From the NCBI GenBank assembly GCA_036172245.1, contig JAYWIR010000032.1, forward strand, positions 1,426,001 through 1,490,000: 64,000 nucleotides of DNA, read 5' to 3'. A model generated the notes under the pieces. The model was given only the letters and a program-made list of their open reading frames with translations, was not told where the DNA came from and searched no databases. A program made the position numbers and the translations under genes. Position 1 is the first letter of the stretch, and each line of letters starts with the position of its first letter. This document shows, piece by piece, positions 62,981-64,000 of the stretch. This DNA is from Raillietiella orientalis. Its lineage: Eukaryota.

Positions 62981-64000
62981 ACTTTGCAGAACTTGCTGTG
63001 GATGCTATATATCTTTTGAACACCATGAGTACAGCCGATTTTCATGAGACTTCTGATTGCCAGACCCTTTCGGTTTGATGTAACAAGAGGAGTCTGATTG
63101 AATGTGAATCAGTAATCCCATGTTATGCGGCTGTGGAGCTACTAGGCAACCGTCCGATAATTTGGTGGGCTAATTTGTTTGTCAAAAGCATTTTTGTGAA
63201 TGATAAAGGAATCCCTGAAAGAGTATCAGCAGCTTGCTCACGCTGCAAATGCTTTGCCACTTGAAGACACCAAGTGTTAGTAGCGAAGATGATGACGTGG
63301 TGGCCAATAAGGATTACTCAGGCGACAACAAAAGAAGTGCTTTTTCCAAAATACTTCGGTGAACCCATACTCGACGTCCCCCTTTGGGGAGCCCCACGTA
63401 AGGCGGCATATGGTTGAATGCTATGGAGATCTCGCTCTGATGGGTTTATATTCTGTGGCATCGGAGAATCAAAAGTTCCTTCTTGAGACTCCTGTAGGTG
63501 ATTTGCAAGTCTAGCAACTGCTAGGAATCTCATGGTTTTAGGGCATACTCTTGTATCGTTTTCTATTCATGTACTGTTGGTGTTGTTTGGCCTAAAGTTT
63601 CTCTATAACTGCTGATAAAAACAGAACCACTCCTTGACGTCTTTAATCGATTCTTAAATCTATTCTTCTAGAGGAACATGCGATAAAAAGGCATGCTAGT
63701 GTGCGTAGAGCGAGTGTTCTCAAAGATGCATGAATGGGGTTCGGGTCGCAGTGGTGGAACTCTTGGGGACTACCCGACTACAGCCGTCCTTCTGCTCGTG
63801 ACCGTCGTTGGGTATCATGAAGCGCGTAAATATGCCAAGAGAAGCTCGAATAAGTACTACATGTGTGGACGAGGTTGCTGGCCCTGCATTCCGAACCTGG
63901 GAACGAAGCCAGAAGGCCGCGGACGAGGTTCCAACATCCCGCTGGGCAGTATAGATCACAATCCCGAGCCATCAAAACCCCGAAAGATCATAAAAACTAA

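Overview
Eukaryotic (arthropod-like) genomic DNA, so the ORF track fragments the real genes. Manual splicing recovers seven protein-coding genes: FBXL4 (+, 2828-6535), a chiffon/DBF4 gene with a long AT-hook-bearing C-terminal extension (-, 7207-12423 or further), SPTLC1 (-, 25148-27034), EXOC3/Sec6 (-, 27216-32663), a Drep2-like CIDE-N gene (+, 39089-42160), a two-exon 62-aa TOM6-like microprotein gene that the ORF track does not show intact (+, 46753-47161) and WASH1 (+, 55110-56772). Housekeeping gene bodies are AT-rich and CpG-poor with many 39-52 nt introns, one of them GC-AG. They alternate with GC/CpG-rich domains. Mobile DNA comprises three diverged 3' ends of a zf-RVT-type non-LTR retrotransposon that share a terminal stem-loop, one further internal fragment, and an internally inverted mariner remnant. 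The most notable observations are an operon-like EXOC3-SPTLC1 junction (181 bp, containing a TACTAAC branch point and acceptor), the TOM6-like microgene, the Chiffon-type fusion and three near-perfect 50-55 nt hairpins. Homology calls come from recalled family motifs; no searches were run.
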